DNA of 64,000 nucleotides, taken from an uncultured delta proteobacterium. GTDB taxonomy: Bacteria; Desulfobacterota; Binatia; UBA9968. The stretch spans positions 96,001 to 160,000 of the forward strand of contig CAWJZV010000046.1 in NCBI GenBank assembly GCA_963847445.1, read 5' to 3'. Below are positions 62,814 to 64,000 of this stretch, piece by piece; within the stretch, counting starts at the first letter, position 1, and each line of letters opens with the position of its first letter. Position numbers and translations under genes: made by a program. The notes beneath the pieces are model-generated. The model searched no databases and was not told the origin of the DNA. It saw only the letters and a program-made list of their open reading frames with translations.

Positions 62814-64000
62814 ATGCGTTACACCCCCCATACGGGCGCTGACAAAGAGCGCATGCTGCGGGAAATTGGCTGCGCCGCAGTCGAAGATCTCTATCGTCAT
62901 GTGCCGCAGTCGTTGCGCGATCAGCGCGGCGATCGGCCTTCCCGCCGGATTGACCGAGCTGGCAGGTGCGCCGGCGCATGGCCGCTCTGGCGGCACGCAA
63001 TGACTCGGCGGCTGACTGGAGATTTTTTCCTCGGCGGCGGCATCTACCATCATTTCATTCCCAGCGCGGTGGATGCGACCATCTCGCGTGCGGAATTTTC
63101 GACTTCGTACACGCCGTATCAGCCCGAGGTCAGCCAGGGCACGCTGCAGGCGCTGTTCGAGTACCAGACGCTGATTTGCCAACTCACCGGCATGGAAGTC
63201 TCGAATGCGGCGGTCTACGATGGCGCTTCCGCGGTCGCCGAGGCGGTTCTGATGTCGCGGCGCATTCAACCGGCCAAAAAGCGCCGCGTGCTGATGTCGC
63301 GGGCGCTGCACCCGCAGTACCGTGCCGTGGTGGCGACCTATCTGAAAAATCTTGACGACGTTCGCCTCGAAGAGGTTCCTTTCGACGCTGGCCGCGGCGC
63401 GACGGACTTTGACCAACTCAAGCGCCTGCTCGATGACCAAACCATGTGCGTGCTCTTGGGCTATCCGAATTTTTTCGGCGTGATCGAAGATCCGGCGCCG
63501 ATCCGGGCGGCATGCGACAGCGTCGGCGCCCACCTGGTCACGGTCACTAGCGAGCCCTTGTCGCTGGCGCTGTTAAAGCCGCCGGGCGAGTTCGGCGCCG
63601 ATATCGCGGTGGGCGAGGGACAGAGCTTGGGCGTGCCGATGAGTCTCGGCGGGCCGGCTTTCGGATTTTTCGCCTGCCAGAAAAAGTTCGTCAGAAATAT
63701 CCCAGGGCGATTGGTCGGTGAGACTGTCGACAGTGAAGGACGGCGCGGTTTTGTCTTGACTCTCGCCACCCGCGAGCAGCATATCCGGCGCGAGAAGGCG
63801 ACCTCGAATATTTGCACCAGTCAGACTTTGTGCGCCCTTGCCGCCACCGTGTACATGGCACTGCTGGGCAAATCGGGATTGCGCCGCATCGCCGAGATCA
63901 ACGTCGCCCGCGCCCATGACGCCAAAGCGCAGTTATTGCGGCAGCCCGGATTTAAGCCGATGTTCTCCGGACCCTTCTTCAACGAATTCGTTTTGCAGTC
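62814..64000 (+). CDS. gcvPA: Glycine dehydrogenase subunit 1 (partial, frameshifts near 62960-63030)
   Basis: MRYTPHT, FLGGGIYHH, TSYTPYQPEVSQG, REQHIRREKATSNICT; runs off the window. Confidence 0.9.
   Translation, partial: MRYTPHTGADKERMLREIGCAAVEDLYRHVPQSLRDQRGDRPSRRIDRAGRCAGAWPLWRHAMTRRLTGDFFLGGGIYHHFIPSAVDATISRAEFSTSYTPYQPEVSQGTLQALFEYQTLICQLTGMEVSNAAVYDGASAVAEAVLMSRRIQPAKKRRVLMSRALHPQYRAVVATYLKNLDDVRLEEVPFDAGRGATDFDQLKRLLDDQTMCVLLGYPNFFGVIEDPAPIRAACDSVGAHLVTVTSEPLSLALLKPPGEFGADIAVGEGQSLGVPMSLGGPAFGFFACQKKFVRNIPGRLVGETVDSEGRRGFVLTLATREQHIRREKATSNICTSQTLCALAATVYMALLGKSGLRRIAEINVARAHDAKAQLLRQPGFKPMFSGPFFNEFVLQ

Overview
About 58% GC bacterial chromosomal window (estimated by eye). The gene style suggests Candidatus Binatia / a deltaproteobacteria-like lineage (inference): many orphan NMT1/SsuA-type solute-binding proteins, amidohydrolases, LLM oxidoreductases and SDRs, a family-B DNA polymerase and DUF1844-degP. 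Roughly 25 genes, including housekeeping ones (tsaD, rsmA, folD, gcvT), carry single-base frameshifts, most likely unpolished long-read errors. Layout: 1-16.4 kb is an aromatic/N-heterocycle catabolic region (tctCBA, two atypical SDRs flanking a bicupin, a dihydroxyphthalate-decarboxylase-like gene, VOC, a NicX/M29-like gene). 17-28.6 kb holds core-like genes (polB, PAC2, trmI, manC, rluA, a C4 zinc-finger ORF). 28.9-39.7 kb is an accessory island with five whole or partial copies of one methyltransferase interleaved with unrelated cargo, including a high-GC amidase joined to a methyltransferase stub. 43.7-52 kb runs DUF1844-degP-mrcB-LpoP-like-tsaD-rsmA-mutM. 56.8-60 kb is a hydrolase-LigAB-LLM cluster, and 60.3-64 kb is folD-gcvT-gcvH-gcvPA. 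Intergenic spaces carry several families of periodic palindromic repeats (9-nt and 7-nt units), some nested. No rRNA, tRNA, CRISPR array, integrase or transposase was recognised. All family calls are motif recognition by eye; no searches were run.
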